A DNA stretch of 32,000 nucleotides from Chlamydiales bacterium (GTDB taxonomy: Bacteria > Chlamydiota > Chlamydiia > Chlamydiales > SM23-39), in the NCBI GenBank assembly GCA_965261025.1, contig OZ253438.1, positions 390,001 to 422,000 on the forward strand, in the 5' to 3' direction. A model generated the notes under the pieces. It was not told the DNA's origin and made no database searches. It saw nothing but the letters and a program-made list of their open reading frames with translations. Below are positions 8,809 through 17,376 of the stretch, piece by piece; position 1 is the stretch's first letter; every line of letters begins with the position of its first letter. The position numbers and the translations under genes were made by a program.

Positions 8809-10944
8809 TTATTTTTTTACAAGCTCTAGTCCTGCATCAATTCTATCATCTGTTTGGGTATGCATATAGCTAAGACGCAATTTCCAGTTAGTCAATATTG
8901 GAGTGAAAAGATCTATTTTGAACTCGTGATAGGAAGGCTCGGTCTTGCGTAAAAGGCCATGATGAGACTGAACATGGCAAGTCCAAAAAGGGGAAAGACG
9001 GAAGAAAAAATTCGTAAGTAGTGTCATTCTTTTGTCCGATAAAGGAGAGTCTAAAAGAGCTCTTTCCTTTCTTGCTACATCTAAGATGAAGCTTGTATGA
9101 TCTGACTTTCTCCAGTCATATTGAGAACGGTATCTTAGCTCTACACTAAAAGCAGCATTTTCATTTAGGGTATATTTTGTCTGCAAATTGCAAAAATCTA
9201 AAGTCGAACGGGGAAAGTTCCAGGCAGAATGAATAAAAATAGAAAAAGAGGAAAGAAGAAACTCCGAATCAAAATATAGCTTAGGCAAAAAAGTGCTTTC
9301 TGCCTTATCTCCTACAAAAGCATTGAAATAGAGGTTAGAGAGAAAACCATAAGAGGGGTTTTTAAAAAATAGCTGATTTTTTACTCCACTTTGAAAAAGA
9401 AACATTCTTTCAAAACCATCTTCAATGCTGAAAATAAAATGCCCTTTATTGGCTATAGTTGGGCTGGTTTTTCCTTCAAAATTTAAGTAGGGATAAATCC
9501 AATGAGAAAAAGGAGAGTAATTTCGGAAAAAAAAGCTTTGTAAAAGACACCGATAGTTTAAAGAACCTAGAAGGGCCTGTTTTTTTTGAGGATTATTTGT
9601 ATAATAAACGCCTGTCAGTTCTAATTCAGGAACAAGACTACAGTACGGGAAAAAAAAATGGCGCGCAAAAAGGGTTTTTACTTGGGATCTTCCCGATTGA
9701 AATCCTGAAAGGCGGCTACTTAAATCATCAGAGTAAGATAAACGCAATAAAGCCGCCTGTAGTTGATTTTGAAAAAAAAGCTGTAGGCGATCTCCTAAAA
9801 CTAAAGGTTTGTTTTGATAAAAAAGAGAGGGAAGTTTTTCTTTCATCGAGTAAAAAGAATTCACTTTAGGCCTAAAATCAAAAAGAGTAAGAAAGCTTTT
9901 TTCCTGATGCCTTAAAGCAAATTCGGTTTTGTAGGCAGTATTTATTTCAAAATCATCTGTACGAAAGTCTCCCGGCATTAAGACGTCGCTATACTTATCC
10001 CATGTGGCATCTATTTTAGTTTTATTAGAAGGGCTTAAATATCGGTATTCTCCTTGTAGGCGATATCGTCTTTTTTTTTCTAAATCATTGGGTAGAATAT
10101 CGCTTGCAAGATAACTTTTAGTAATCCATTTCGTATTAGCATGAGAAGGAAGATAAGAAGTTTCTAGGGCTCCTCCAAAACCTTTTGCAATACGATATTC
10201 TGCTCTTAGAAAAACTAAAAAATCCTCTAGAGAAAAAATCTGCGCCCTTATACTCGGTCTCGGGCTCGTGGCTTTGTCAAAGGTGAGGTTGTATTGGATA
10301 ATGGGTTGTTCAAATTTCTTTAAGTTTAAATAAAAAGAAGGGAGCCACAGAGGAAAAGGGAAAAAATAAAAGCGAAGATCTTTTGCATGAAGTACTTTAT
10401 TACAGGAAATAGAGGCCTCTTTTGCCTTGATATACCAGGAGCTATCTTTATTTTCTGAAGTAGTAATAGAGGCGCCCTCTATTTGTACTTCCCCTGTTTC
10501 GAAAAAAACAATACTTTCTCCTCCGAAAAAAAAAGGAGAAAAAAAGGTTTTTCCCTGTACAATCCACCCCGTTTTTGAGGCAAGATCATATTTCATGCTC
10601 TCTCCTACATAGATTTTTCCTTTATGCTGGAATATCAAGTGTGTAGAAGCCTCTATTCTATTTTCTTTATTTCGATAGTAGGAGATATTCTGCGCTTGAA
10701 TTCGAAACCCTTCTCCCTGTACTACGCCCCCTTGCGAAGTAGAAAGTATCCCTTCTTCATAGGTAGGATTTTGTAAATCGAAAAAAATGGTATCGGGATA
10801 AGAAAAAACAAAGGGATTTCCCTTAGAAGAGGGGCTAGCTTGTAAAAAGCAAAAAACAGAAAACAAAAAACAGAAAAAGCACCTGGGCAAGCAATAATTC
10901 CTTCCTAAAGTTACTAGGATAGTATACCTGCCCTCTGTAAACAA
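8809..10944 (-). CDS. lptD: LPS-assembly outer-membrane protein LptD/OstA-like
   Basis: 711 aa with a hydrophobic N-terminal signal-like segment. An OstA-N-like region (IEASTHLIFQHKGKIYVGESMKYDLASKTG) is followed by ...SSWYIKAKEASIS...AKDLRFYFFPFPLWLPSFYL, then a long aromatic-rich barrel-like region. The only start at the ORF 5' end is TTG at 10944. Confidence 0.6.
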   Translation of the reverse strand: MFTEGRYTILVTLGRNYCLPRCFFCFLFSVFCFLQASPSSKGNPFVFSYPDTIFFDLQNPTYEEGILSTSQGGVVQGEGFRIQAQNISYYRNKENRIEASTHLIFQHKGKIYVGESMKYDLASKTGWIVQGKTFFSPFFFGGESIVFFETGEVQIEGASITTSENKDSSWYIKAKEASISCNKVLHAKDLRFYFFPFPLWLPSFYLNLKKFEQPIIQYNLTFDKATSPRPSIRAQIFSLEDFLVFLRAEYRIAKGFGGALETSYLPSHANTKWITKSYLASDILPNDLEKKRRYRLQGEYRYLSPSNKTKIDATWDKYSDVLMPGDFRTDDFEINTAYKTEFALRHQEKSFLTLFDFRPKVNSFYSMKEKLPSLFYQNKPLVLGDRLQLFFQNQLQAALLRLSYSDDLSSRLSGFQSGRSQVKTLFARHFFFPYCSLVPELELTGVYYTNNPQKKQALLGSLNYRCLLQSFFFRNYSPFSHWIYPYLNFEGKTSPTIANKGHFIFSIEDGFERMFLFQSGVKNQLFFKNPSYGFLSNLYFNAFVGDKAESTFLPKLYFDSEFLLSSFSIFIHSAWNFPRSTLDFCNLQTKYTLNENAAFSVELRYRSQYDWRKSDHTSFILDVARKERALLDSPLSDKRMTLLTNFFFRLSPFWTCHVQSHHGLLRKTEPSYHEFKIDLFTPILTNWKLRLSYMHTQTDDRIDAGLELVKK

Positions 10945-10953
10945 AGAGCTTTT

Positions 10954-12621
10954 TTAACGAAGGCTTTGTAGTAAAATTCCTGCTAGGGCATAGCGGTTTT
11001 TGGATTGAGGATTTTTGATTATTTCTAAAAGAACGTGGATAGACTCTGGGTCTTGTTGTGCAGCTAAAGCAGCAAAACTTTCCATTAAAAGTTGAGATTT
11101 TTCTTTGGCAGAGAGGCTATATTTGGAAAGAAATCTTCTTTCCATCGAAGGAAGGTAAGGCCTTAACTCTATAATAAAAACGTCCTTATTTTCCCTAATC
11201 CATCTCAAGACTTCCTGCTTGTAGGGTCCCTTTTCCTGTAGACGAAATAAAGCCAAGTTACAGTAGCTTCTCAAAAGAGGAAAGCCCCATTTCTGTGAAC
11301 CTTCTTTTAAAAGAGCTATAGCTTTTTCTGTTTTTAAAGCTTCTAAAAGATGTACTGCTAAGGGGATAAAGTCATTTTTTTCTCGATTGAAGACGAGATT
11401 TAATAGGGAAAGAAAAGCATCTTCTTGTAAGAGTGAAGCGTCTTGTAATATCTGCTCTTTTAGGTGAAGAGAAATATTTTCTAAAAAAGCAGCCTCTTTT
11501 TGCTCTTTTGCATAAGCAGAAGAGAGAACCTTATAGGCACAGTGGGATTTTCCTAAGGAAGTAGTAGGCACAAGTAACAGAGATTCCTCTTGAGAAAAAA
11601 AAGAAATAAGAAAGGGAAGTACTCTCTCTTGTTTTTTGTGTAAAAAGGCAATAGCTGCATTTATAGAAACCTCTCTGTCTTTAGAAAACAGAAGAGAATA
11701 CAAGGTGTCCTCAGAACCATCCACATTAGAAAGAGCCTGAATGGAGAATAAGTGGTGTGCTTTGGCTTGTTTTTTTATAGCTTCTTTAGCTTCTTCTTTT
11801 CCTAGTTTATATAAAGCCTTATATGCAGCCAGCCTTACATTTTCGTTTTGCTCCTGAGTAGATAGCTTTTCTAAATAAGGGAAACTATGAGAATCTTGGA
11901 AGGTTCCCAAAGCAAAAGCGCAAGCTTCTTTTTCTGCTATGTTATCGTGGGTAATCTTTTTTCTTAAACAAGGTAAAAAATCATCTCTTTGAAATAGAGT
12001 TAAATTATGAATTACTTCCACGCATACCAAGGGATCTTTATCTTGTAGAAGAGACTTTAGAAGATGAATAGAGTTAGGGCTTTCTGAAAGGGCAAACAGG
12101 GAAGGAAACCATACTTTACAAAAAGGGGGCAAACGGTTCATGAGGTTTTCAATATGATAAGAGGCCAAAGGGTGTTTTCTCTGGGCAAGACTAAAAGCAG
12201 CTTCCAAACGAGTTGCCAAATACTCAGAATGTAGTGCTTCTACTAGGAGATGGTCACTTTCCTTACAAGGGATATTAGCTAAAAAGTGAACGGCAATTAA
12301 CTGAAGTTCTGGATTTTTACAAAAGAGGCTGTTTCTTAGAAAAGGAATGGCTCTTTCATGGGAAGAAAAGCCTGCTCCTAAAGTAGCTAAAAACCTCACG
12401 GGAAAATCTTCTGAGCTATTTCCTTGCTCTAAAAGAATTAAAGCTACCTGTTCTAAAAGAGCAAAATCTTCTTTTTTTTCTAGGGAAACAAGCTTTTCAT
12501 AGGCATGAATAGCCTCTTCTACTTTTCCTTGATGCATTAAATAGAGAATTCTTCTTTTTTCGGGGGAAAAGGATTTAGCAAGAAGCAGACAAGGAAGTAA
12601 TAAAAAAAACAAAAACTTCAA
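10954..12621 (-). CDS. Secreted HEAT/PBS-lyase-like repeat protein
   Basis: N-terminal signal peptide (MKFLFFLLLPCLLLAKS). Recurrent helical repeats of HEAT type follow (ELQLIAVHFLANI, LATRLEAAFSLAQ, NENVRLAAYKALYKLG, DREVSINAAIAFL). Confidence 0.55.
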   Translation of the reverse strand: MKFLFFLLLPCLLLAKSFSPEKRRILYLMHQGKVEEAIHAYEKLVSLEKKEDFALLEQVALILLEQGNSSEDFPVRFLATLGAGFSSHERAIPFLRNSLFCKNPELQLIAVHFLANIPCKESDHLLVEALHSEYLATRLEAAFSLAQRKHPLASYHIENLMNRLPPFCKVWFPSLFALSESPNSIHLLKSLLQDKDPLVCVEVIHNLTLFQRDDFLPCLRKKITHDNIAEKEACAFALGTFQDSHSFPYLEKLSTQEQNENVRLAAYKALYKLGKEEAKEAIKKQAKAHHLFSIQALSNVDGSEDTLYSLLFSKDREVSINAAIAFLHKKQERVLPFLISFFSQEESLLLVPTTSLGKSHCAYKVLSSAYAKEQKEAAFLENISLHLKEQILQDASLLQEDAFLSLLNLVFNREKNDFIPLAVHLLEALKTEKAIALLKEGSQKWGFPLLRSYCNLALFRLQEKGPYKQEVLRWIRENKDVFIIELRPYLPSMERRFLSKYSLSAKEKSQLLMESFAALAAQQDPESIHVLLEIIKNPQSKNRYALAGILLQSLR

Positions 12622-12671
12622 AAGGACCCCTTCCTTGCATTGTGGAAGATTTTTCTTTTTTTAAAAAGTCC

Positions 12672-14558
12672 TTATCCAAGGATCTTTTGAATTTTTCCTT
12701 TTTTGGGATAGAAATCAATCCAGATTGGAGAGCTCCAGCCCAGATTTTCGTCTTCTTGAATAATTCTTAAGTAGTAATAGACAAAAGGAATCTCTCTTTT
12801 TCCTTGAATGAGTATCTCCTCTAAAGGGCTTTGGTCATCGTAGGTAAAATGAAAATCTACTTTTCCGGGAAGAAATGATTTTAAGAGCTTCCCATTTCTT
12901 AAGATCTGAACTTCCCGTATATCAGAGCTAGCAATAATGTGTCCTTGAATGTGACGGTTGAAATCCAATCCGGGCTTTTTCCGATTGTCTAGTTCAGAGC
13001 CCATCATTTCCTGTGCTATAGAAAAATCAATAACCATCCTGGGACCCGTAGTAGCGTAACATCTTCTTGCTTGTAAAGCCTCAAAAAGAGAGCTTCTTGT
13101 ATGATCCTTAGCAAAGACGGCTGTAAGACCGGGAGAGTATTGCTTTTGGTCCAACTCATAAAGGTCTTTATAGATGCCACGATCGTCTAACCCTCCTGCT
13201 ATAAAACCAAACCGGCATCCTTCTCCAAGAGCTTTACGGAGGGAGCCTTTTGGGTTTTCCTGTATACTTGCTTTTCCTTTTCCCCGAATAGGTCTCAGAT
13301 TTCCCTCTTCTTCTGAGCATTCAGAACAGCCCCAGGAATTATATATTTCTACCACTCTTTCCGCTTGCGTATCAAAATTTTTAAAGTCATAAAAATACTC
13401 TCCTCCCATGGTAAAGGAGGGAATAGCCAATAATTCTTTGGCAGGAAACATTTTGTAAATTTTTTTCAAACCGCTAGTTTTACCATCTTTTCTCCTTGAA
13501 ATGGGACGGCTGTCTTTTGCATAGACAATTTGTCTTATACCCTCTTCTCCTACTTCTCCCACATATTGAAAACCCAGGAATACAGAAAATCGCTCATCTT
13601 CATTAAGCTCTACGACTTGAGTATTCATATTTTTCCACTGATCTGAAGAAGTTTCTTTCTCCTCTTCAAAAGGGGAAAGACCATAAAACTGAAAGGCTCT
13701 GTTATCCCTAAAAAAACGAAGGCAAGACTCGAGTTGTTCCACCGCATCAAAACGCATAGATTCTCCGTGAAGCATCCCCCAAAACAACGAAAAATCTCCT
13801 TCTGGATAACATTTGATGGGGTAAGAAAAGTATTGCTTTTTGGAAGTGAGGTCTTTTAATTGAATTTTATAAACACCTGGTTCATTGAAATAAAGATTAG
13901 GTAGCGTAAGAAAACCACTTTCAGGAACAAAAAGCTTCCAATTTAAGTTCTCTCTTAAATGTTCATAGCTCAATTCAATCAGGGTTTTTTCTGGGGCCTT
14001 CGAAGTTAGATTCCCATATTCATCTTCAAAACGGACTACTACATCAAAACGCTTATTTCTCGTAACAAGAGAAGGAGAAAGCACCCTTATTTGGGTTAAA
14101 TTATTCCCTCTTACATCTAAATAAAAAACTTCAGGCTCTTTGTATTCACCTGTCCCTTTTGGGTCTATATAAAGATGGAAAGGGCGCTTTCTTTGAACAT
14201 TAGTCTGGCAACGATTCCCCTTATCAGAGGAAGAGCCTCCCATGTGTATAGTAAAAGTTTCACCTATCTTTAGATCAGAAGGAAGTAAAAATTCAAATCT
14301 TCCTAGACTAAAGGGCATTTCTTCCGCTTTTTTAGCAGCAATAGTAGCTCCTTTCATTTCAGCCCAAATGAGATTTTCCTTTTGTTTTAGGTCACAAGAA
14401 GGAATCATCCAGTCAAAAGGGCGTCCTAAACTAACAAGATCAAAAAGAATTTTGGATCCTTTAGGCAAAGCAGAAGAAGAAGTATAAGAAAAAGACCACA
14501 GAGAGCTTTCTCCTGCTAAAGCCGCGTTAGGGCTACATACACAAATAGAACGTCTCAT
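12672..14558 (-). CDS. DUF3604-like protein (uncharacterised, PHP-like metal-hydrolase fold suspected)
   Basis: 628 aa, within the size I recall for the DUF3604 family. FWGMLHGES resembles the family's WGDLH-type motif, and ARRCYATTGPRMVIDF resembles its C-terminal YATTG motif. This is a recollection-based assignment, not a search result. Confidence 0.45.
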   Translation of the reverse strand: MRRSICVCSPNAALAGESSLWSFSYTSSSALPKGSKILFDLVSLGRPFDWMIPSCDLKQKENLIWAEMKGATIAAKKAEEMPFSLGRFEFLLPSDLKIGETFTIHMGGSSSDKGNRCQTNVQRKRPFHLYIDPKGTGEYKEPEVFYLDVRGNNLTQIRVLSPSLVTRNKRFDVVVRFEDEYGNLTSKAPEKTLIELSYEHLRENLNWKLFVPESGFLTLPNLYFNEPGVYKIQLKDLTSKKQYFSYPIKCYPEGDFSLFWGMLHGESMRFDAVEQLESCLRFFRDNRAFQFYGLSPFEEEKETSSDQWKNMNTQVVELNEDERFSVFLGFQYVGEVGEEGIRQIVYAKDSRPISRRKDGKTSGLKKIYKMFPAKELLAIPSFTMGGEYFYDFKNFDTQAERVVEIYNSWGCSECSEEEGNLRPIRGKGKASIQENPKGSLRKALGEGCRFGFIAGGLDDRGIYKDLYELDQKQYSPGLTAVFAKDHTRSSLFEALQARRCYATTGPRMVIDFSIAQEMMGSELDNRKKPGLDFNRHIQGHIIASSDIREVQILRNGKLLKSFLPGKVDFHFTYDDQSPLEEILIQGKREIPFVYYYLRIIQEDENLGWSSPIWIDFYPKKGKIQKILG

Positions 14559-14637
14559 GGAATCTCCCTATTAAAATAACTAATTTTCCCCCTATTTTGC
14601 CCGAAGAAGCTTTTGTTTTGCAAAAGCTATTTCTCCT

Positions 14638-15936
14638 TTAAAGGCCCTCTTCTTCCTGCTTCCTAGGAGTGATTCGAATCTTTTCTATAGACCTTTCTGT
14701 GGTATTTAGTACTTCTAAAATAAACTGGTCATGGTAGATAATCCACCCTTGGGGAGGGATACTTCCTGCTCTGTGGAACATATAACCTCCGATAGTTTCA
14801 TAATCAGAATGAGAAGGAATATGGATATTTAACTTATTTTCTAGGTCTAAAATGCTCATTTTGGCATCTACGATCCAGTCTCCATTGGGAAGTTTCCAAT
14901 AGGGTTTTTCTGGTTCTAGGTCATATTCATCTTCTATTTCGCCTACCAGCTCTTCTAATACGTCCTCAATAGTCACAACTCCTTCTGTACCACCATATTC
15001 ATCTACTACAATGGCAAAGTGTCGCTGTTTCATTCGAAACTCTTGTAAGAGGTGCGAAATTTTTTTATTTCCTGGGATGTAAATAACTGGTTTTATGAAG
15101 TTTTCTACAGGGGTTTGTAAAGAGCTTTTTTCTTGTTCTAAAGTTTCTGCAAAAACCTTGAGTACATCTTTAAACAGGAGAACCCCGATGATATGATCCA
15201 AGTTCTCTTGATAAACAGGAACTCTACTATAGTTTTCTGTTTCAAAAAGCTTCATAGAATCTTTTAGCTTAGTTTTTGAACAGAGAGCCGCAATATGAAT
15301 TCTGGGGACCATGATTTCTTTGGCTACTCTGTCTTTAAAGAGAATAAAAGAAGAAAGGAGCTTAGCATCGTTAGAGTCGATTTTCAAAGGAAGATCAGAC
15401 TCTTTTAGCATTTCCTGTAGTTGACCTTTCAAATAGGGGAGAGAATTTGCCTTTTTCTTATTGAAGACTCTATGGTGGATTTGGAAAAAAAAACCTAAGA
15501 AAGGAAAGAGAAGAACTAGGTAACAGGAAATAAGAAAAGAGAAAAAAGTAAGAAGAAAAGAAGGTTGATAGAAAGTAAGCAAACGAAATAGAAAACAAAA
15601 AGAGAAAGAAATTACAGCTAAAAGGAGAAAACCCACTAAATGAAACCAGATAGGCTCTCTTTGTAAAAAAACACCCAAAGAAGAAAAAGCAAAGCCCCCA
15701 TAGAAAAGAAGCAGCAGATGTTTAGCAAAATGGGTAGAGGTAAACAGTCCTTCTAAGGGTTCTTTAGAAAAAAACCTTTGTAGAAAAAACCGAAAGAAAA
15801 AAGCCCTGGGTCTTTTCCACAAAAACTGTTTAACCCGAAACTTTCCCCAGAAGGTCTGTAGGGCAGAAAAGGTCTCTAAGCAAAGAACTCCTACAAAGAA
15901 AAATATCGGAAGGCAAATAGAAATCTCAAGAGTCAC
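14638..15936 (-). CDS. DUF21/CBS-pair/CorC-HlyC family membrane protein (TlyC-like)
   Basis: Multi-TM N-terminal half, then an IMVPRIHIAAL...VPVYQENLDHIIGVLLFKDV CBS pair, then a CorC_HlyC-type C-terminus (GDWIVDAKMSILDLENKL...GGYMFHRAGSIPPQG). Start codon uncertain. Confidence 0.8.
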   Translation of the reverse strand: MTLEISICLPIFFFVGVLCLETFSALQTFWGKFRVKQFLWKRPRAFFFRFFLQRFFSKEPLEGLFTSTHFAKHLLLLFYGGFAFSSLGVFLQREPIWFHLVGFLLLAVISFSFCFLFRLLTFYQPSFLLTFFSFLISCYLVLLFPFLGFFFQIHHRVFNKKKANSLPYLKGQLQEMLKESDLPLKIDSNDAKLLSSFILFKDRVAKEIMVPRIHIAALCSKTKLKDSMKLFETENYSRVPVYQENLDHIIGVLLFKDVLKVFAETLEQEKSSLQTPVENFIKPVIYIPGNKKISHLLQEFRMKQRHFAIVVDEYGGTEGVVTIEDVLEELVGEIEDEYDLEPEKPYWKLPNGDWIVDAKMSILDLENKLNIHIPSHSDYETIGGYMFHRAGSIPPQGWIIYHDQFILEVLNTTERSIEKIRITPRKQEEEGL

Positions 15937-16025
15937 TAAAAAAATCTCTTTCTCTACGGGCTCTGTCTAAAAAAAACAGCGCTTTTTTCTTTTTTTAGCA
16001 CGATCTTCCTTGGAAAGGAAAGAGA

Positions 16026-16184
16026 TTATTTAGAGGCTGTCTTGGGGAGGCCTGTTACCCTAGTACTTATTTTCTCTCCCCAAAGGCCTTTTTCTTTCAG
16101 AATCTTCACTCTTTCAAATCTTTTCAAAACGTTTTTTTTCTTAGCCCCTTTATTGGCTTTTCCGTAGCTTTGATGTCTTGACAT
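16026..16184 (-). CDS. PVC-type small basic protein (52 aa), absent from the ORF track
   Basis: My translation of the minus strand: MSRHQSYGKANKGAKKKNVLKRFERVKILKEKGLWGEKISTRVTGLPKTASK*. The NVLKRFER..KL...G.W....GLPK pattern matches the conserved 'small basic protein' family I recall from Chlamydiae/Verrucomicrobia/Planctomycetes. Confidence 0.65.
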   Translation of the reverse strand: MSRHQSYGKANKGAKKKNVLKRFERVKILKEKGLWGEKISTRVTGLPKTASK

Positions 16185-16192
16185 ATGTTTAC

Positions 16193-16366
16193 CTATTTCA
16201 CCCTTGCTATAAAGGAATTTTTTGCCTCATTAGAGGAGACCGCATTAAAATGCTCTTTATACCCCATCTCCAGTTGATCTTTCTTAGGGCCTGTTTTGAG
16301 GAAAGGCTTTTTTCTTTTCCTAGGAGATAAGGCTCTTCTTTTAGATTGTTTGCTCATTCTTGTCAT
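16193..16366 (-). CDS. Hypothetical small Lys/Arg-rich protein (57 aa), absent from the ORF track
   Basis: My translation: MTRMSKQSKRRALSPRKRKKPFLKTGPKKDQLEMGYKEHFNAVSSNEAKNSFIARVK*. AGGA lies 5 nt upstream of the ATG. The stop is 8 nt before the next small gene. No family recognised. Confidence 0.35.
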   Translation of the reverse strand: MTRMSKQSKRRALSPRKRKKPFLKTGPKKDQLEMGYKEHFNAVSSNEAKNSFIARVK

Positions 16367-16424
16367 ATAGATTCCTAAGTTTCACAGCCGAAAGGGAGGA
16401 GTATAGGATTTTTTATTTCTGAAA

Positions 16425-16850
16425 TCAAGTATATTTGGGCCCTTTAGATTCAATGATGAATTTTTCCTCTCTGTAGGCTTCAAATTTTTTCTGAGAAAGG
16501 TTTTTTTTCAGAGGGGAAGTAAGATCTTCTAATTCATAAATTAAGGGAACTTTTTCCTGTAAAAAAGGGGTAGGCCAGAGATTAAAAAGGGCTTTTGCTT
16601 TCATGAAATTTTCCCTTCTCGTACTGATTACAAGAAAATCTTTGCAAGCCTTATCGGAGATTCTATGGGGTAAAAAACTTGTTTCGGGAACTTTCCAAAA
16701 AAAATCATCTAAAAATTGCGCTGCTTTCTCATCGGGAGCTAAAAACAGAAGAGATTCTTTTTTTTCAAAGTGATCTTGTGCCAAAAAAAGGAGCCTTTCT
16801 AGTTTTTCCGTATCTGTTTTTACAAGATAAAAGAGTACTCTTGAAGTCAT
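16425..16850 (-). CDS. holC: DNA polymerase III chi subunit
   Basis: 141 aa. FYLVKTD..., DEKAAQFLDDFFWKVPETSFLPH and KKFEAYREEKFII align in order with E. coli HolC FYLLDND..., DEKQAYRLDEALWARPAESFVPH and RERYKAYRVAGFNL. Confidence 0.75.
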   Translation of the reverse strand: MTSRVLFYLVKTDTEKLERLLFLAQDHFEKKESLLFLAPDEKAAQFLDDFFWKVPETSFLPHRISDKACKDFLVISTRRENFMKAKALFNLWPTPFLQEKVPLIYELEDLTSPLKKNLSQKKFEAYREEKFIIESKGPKYT

Positions 16851-17242
16851 AAGGCCTTTTTTAAACTCTCTATCATTTTTTTAGGTAAGGGAAGAGGCTT
16901 AAAAGAGCTATTTACAAAGCAATGGGTCGTTTTAGCTTGAGCTATACAGGCAATATTTCGAAAAAGGGAATAATTTAGAGAAAAGCGAACTTTTGTAAGA
17001 TTTTCTGTGGATATAGTAATTTGAATTTCTTCCAAGGAATAAAGGGGCTTTTGGTATTTTATAAAAAGATCCACTGTAGGGCAGAAAATTTGTTTTTTTT
17101 CTATTTCCTTGATATCGTAGCCTATTTTGTGAAAAAAAGCGCAACGGGCTACTTCTAAATAGGTTACAAAAGAGCTATGATGGATGATTTTATCCTGAGC
17201 TGTCTCTGCGTACCTAGTTTGTAGGAAGTAATTAAAACTCAT
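16847..17242 (-). CDS. 4HBT/YbgC-type acyl-CoA thioesterase
   Basis: 131 aa of hotdog-fold size. RYAETAQDKIIHHSSFVTYLEVARCAFFHKIGYD matches the R.y.eDtD..g.v.h..Yl.y.e.AR...l pattern in degenerate form. 4-nt overlap with holC. Confidence 0.6.
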   Translation of the reverse strand: MSFNYFLQTRYAETAQDKIIHHSSFVTYLEVARCAFFHKIGYDIKEIEKKQIFCPTVDLFIKYQKPLYSLEEIQITISTENLTKVRFSLNYSLFRNIACIAQAKTTHCFVNSSFKPLPLPKKMIESLKKAL

Positions 17243-17376
17243 ACACGATTTCTCTCAAAGCTAGAGATAGCAGGGTAACAGTTTCCCTTTTTTCTGAACA
17301 GATGAGGGGGACTATTTTCGAAATTCTAAGGAGAATCTTTTGACAAGAAACAGAAAAAGGGAGATGAAAAGATCTT

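Noticed and set aside
10526-10534. A9/T9 homopolymer inside lptD (and similar 8-10 nt A/T runs in many genes) as phase-variation switches
   Set aside because: Such runs occur throughout this AT-rich window, in housekeeping genes as well. They are shorter than typical contingency-locus tracts, and nothing singles out surface genes.
17340-17376. TTGACA upstream of the malic enzyme gene as a -35 element
   Set aside because: The hexamer 17 nt downstream (GATGAA) is a poor -10, and the resulting leader would be only a few nt with no SD. Not supportable by eye.
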